Shown here: one piece after another, positions 62,353-64,000 of the stretch
How the letters are laid out: every line of letters begins with the position of its first letter
How positions within the stretch are numbered: position 1 is the stretch's first letter
Origin: a virus
Length of the DNA stretch: 64,000 nt
Reading direction: 5' to 3' (one strand)
Virus record (IMG/VR): IMGVR_UViG_3300025289_000001
Notes under the pieces: generated by a model
The model's database searches: none
What the model was told of the DNA's origin: nothing
What the model saw: the letters and a program-made list of their open reading frames with translations, nothing else
Made by a program: the position numbers and the translations under genes

Positions 62353-62758
62353 CACTTTTATTTATTATATCTAAGCATTTTACTTTTCCATTAAAATAAA
62401 TTGTATCAGCTATAATTTGGATAAATTTAATATGTTTATTATGTTTTAAACCATATTTAATTTCAGCTTTTACACCTGTAGAGTTTTTTAAATACTCTAT
62501 ACCTTCTTTAGGTATTAATACCCAAATTTCATCACACCAATCAACAAATTGATAATCAATATGTTGCCAATAATCCCATGTATGAGGTACTGTATAACCT
62601 TCTAATAATGTTAATGGGTGTGAATGAGTAATAGGACTAAATACATTTAATCCTTTATTTAGAATTAATACAGATGCTTTATTAGCTTGTTCAAAACTAC
62701 TTTCAACCATACCTGTATATGGAATTGCTAAATATATTTTCTTTAATTGCTTATTCAT
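62345..62758 (-). CDS. DUF1937-like protein (nucleoside 2-deoxyribosyltransferase-like fold)
   Basis: 137 aa. IYLAIPYTG...NVFSPITHSHPL...WDYW...CDEIWVL...STGVKAEI matches my recollection of the DUF1937 consensus. Confidence 0.6.
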   Translation of the reverse strand: MNKQLKKIYLAIPYTGMVESSFEQANKASVLILNKGLNVFSPITHSHPLTLLEGYTVPHTWDYWQHIDYQFVDWCDEIWVLIPKEGIEYLKNSTGVKAEIKYGLKHNKHIKFIQIIADTIYFNGKVKCLDIINKSDD

Positions 62759-63381
62759 ATATTTGGTTGTTCTAAAAATTTTTGCATACTAATTTCATTA
62801 TATTTAAATAGTTTATCCACATTTTTTGGTATAATAGTTGGTGTAACTAATGAATGATTTAAATAACTTGGATATCTATTATTATGTTGTGAAATAACAT
62901 TATTTTTTACACATTCCATTAAAAAATATAAAGGGTCTGATATAATAACATTTTTTTTTCTAATATCTTTAAAAAATTGTTTATATTCAAAACTATCGGG
63001 TTTATACCAACTCATTCTTATAAAATTTAATAATACTAAATTACTATAATAATGACCCTCATTTATTAATTTATATTTTATATATGATTTTTTATTTTTA
63101 GTAACCAATTTACAAGGTGTAATTTGATTAATAATATTAACTAATGCTTTTGTATTAGCTAATGAATTAAACCTAGTTCTAAAATTATCAATATAAATAT
63201 AATCAACTGATTTATTATATAATTCTCTTTTAAGATTATTATACTTATCTAATTTACCTGAATGATAGTAATATGATTTTGGATACATTAACCCTGCCCA
63301 ACAAGCTATATTAGCTATTTGTTGTAAATTATTATTAATTTTTATATAATAATAACATTGGTAACTACTATAATCTCTCAT
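62755..63381 (-). CDS. hypothetical protein
   Basis: 208 aa, Y/N/K-rich. ATGA overlap with the downstream gene. Confidence 0.55.
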   Translation of the reverse strand: MRDYSSYQCYYYIKINNNLQQIANIACWAGLMYPKSYYYHSGKLDKYNNLKRELYNKSVDYIYIDNFRTRFNSLANTKALVNIINQITPCKLVTKNKKSYIKYKLINEGHYYSNLVLLNFIRMSWYKPDSFEYKQFFKDIRKKNVIISDPLYFLMECVKNNVISQHNNRYPSYLNHSLVTPTIIPKNVDKLFKYNEISMQKFLEQPNI

Positions 63382-63387
63382 TTATTT

Positions 63388-63717
63388 TTACAAATCTTTT
63401 AAATTTTTATCTATAAATCTATCATCTAAATCTTTTCTAAACATAGTCATATAAGATAAAAACATAGCGTTACACAATATATGTCCTACATGTGATAATT
63501 TACTTTCTTTATCATTATCTTCTCCTTCTAAAAAAGAATTCATATGACGTTGTAGACTTTCACAAGTTTCTGTATATTTTAATCCTTTTTTCCAATTATG
63601 ATCATCATATTTTTCAGCACCAAACATTAGAACCTGTACTAAAGGTTCTAATGCTCTCCAACTGACTAATGACCATTTCAATTTATTATTATTAAATCGA
63701 CTACCTAATCCTTCCAT
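63388..63717 (-). CDS. dATP/dGTP diphosphohydrolase-like (DUF5664, MazG-related) protein
   Basis: 109 aa. KLKWSLVSWRALEPLVQVLMFGAEKYDDHNWKKGL...SHVGHILCNAMFL matches the family pattern (K-x-R/K-W-x-L...FGAxKY...NW.KG...H...CN). Confidence 0.6.
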   Translation of the reverse strand: MEGLGSRFNNNKLKWSLVSWRALEPLVQVLMFGAEKYDDHNWKKGLKYTETCESLQRHMNSFLEGEDNDKESKLSHVGHILCNAMFLSYMTMFRKDLDDRFIDKNLKDL

Positions 63718-63722
63718 TTTTT

Positions 63723-64000
63723 TTATTTTCTCACAATATTATTAATAAAGTTTACAAATTTATTTAAATTAAGTGTATCTGTAGGTTTTGGTAATTCTGT
63801 AAAATAATTTACTGCACCATCAAAATATAATGGACATGTTGTACCACCACCACCTTCTCTACCACCTAGAATTTCTAAGAATCTGATATTATCTTTAAAA
63901 AAGGTAACATCATATCCATAATATTCTTTAATTTCATGTCTAAAAGGACTAAACAATCCTAATATTACATTTGCATCTCTTTGTGTAAGTTTACAATCTC
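63723..64000 (-). CDS. 3' part of a gene that continues beyond the window end (function unknown)
   Basis: The listed start at 63956 is a TTG, and the frame stays open to base 64000 (...DCKLTQRDANVILGLFSPF...). Confidence 0.5.
   Translation of the reverse strand, partial: DCKLTQRDANVILGLFSPFRHEIKEYYGYDVTFFKDNIRFLEILGGREGGGGTTCPLYFDGAVNYFTELPKPTDTLNLNKFVNFINNIVRK

Noticed and set aside
1-64000. Stop-codon reassignment, introns/inteins, tRNAs, CRISPR arrays and lysogeny genes, all of which are sometimes seen in crAss-like phages
   Set aside because: All large genes, including the 2,734-aa ORF and the RNR, are uninterrupted under the standard code. I found no G+C-rich cloverleaf-like segments, no repeat-spacer arrays, and no integrase or repressor motifs by eye. 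A tRNAscan/Infernal run would be needed for certainty.

Overview
Very AT-rich segment of a double-stranded DNA phage genome (spot counts give about 13-25% G+C over most of the window). I found no rRNA, tRNA, CRISPR array, integrase or transposase. Two convergent gene blocks meet at a bidirectional terminator near 42.09 kb.

Block 1 (1-42,058, plus strand) is the virion/late module. It contains a putative major capsid protein; Ig/cadherin-like and FN3-bearing fibre proteins; and a 1,679-aa tail fibre with a C-terminal S74-type chaperone domain. A lysis cassette (holin, M15 endolysin, spanin-like protein) and a separately transcribed DnaQ-like exonuclease are embedded in the block. An HU/IHF-like gene and several virion proteins follow, then three giant ORFs of 1,851, 2,734 and 1,425 aa. 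The 2,734-aa ORF carries a beta-prime-type DFDID metal-binding motif. That motif is the signature of the virion-packaged RNA polymerase of crAss-like phages (for example Cellulophaga phage phi14:2 gp66).

Block 2 (42,119-64,000, minus strand) is a replication and nucleotide-metabolism module:
- an RNA ligase among three metallophosphoesterases;
- an SF2 helicase, MazG and a class II RNR;
- a PD-(D/E)XK nuclease, a RusA-like protein and an atypical UDG;
- a six-gene amide-bond/gamma-glutamyl enzyme operon;
- a primase, an SSB-like protein and a Sak4/AAA_24-like ATPase;
- DUF1937-like and DUF5664-like proteins.

Start codons lack Shine-Dalgarno sequences, and the recognisable promoters are of the TTTG/TAnnTTTG type. 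Both point to a Bacteroidota (Flavobacteriia-like) host.

The most interesting candidates are:
- the amidoligase / ATP-grasp / GATase / GGCT operon, whose product is unknown;
- the UDG homologue with both catalytic residues replaced;
- the kinase-less RNA-repair-like cluster;
- the effector-type domains (PD-(D/E)XK nuclease, paired gluzincin modules, possible ART-like tail) inside the giant virion proteins.

All functional calls come from motif recognition by eye. No database search was run.
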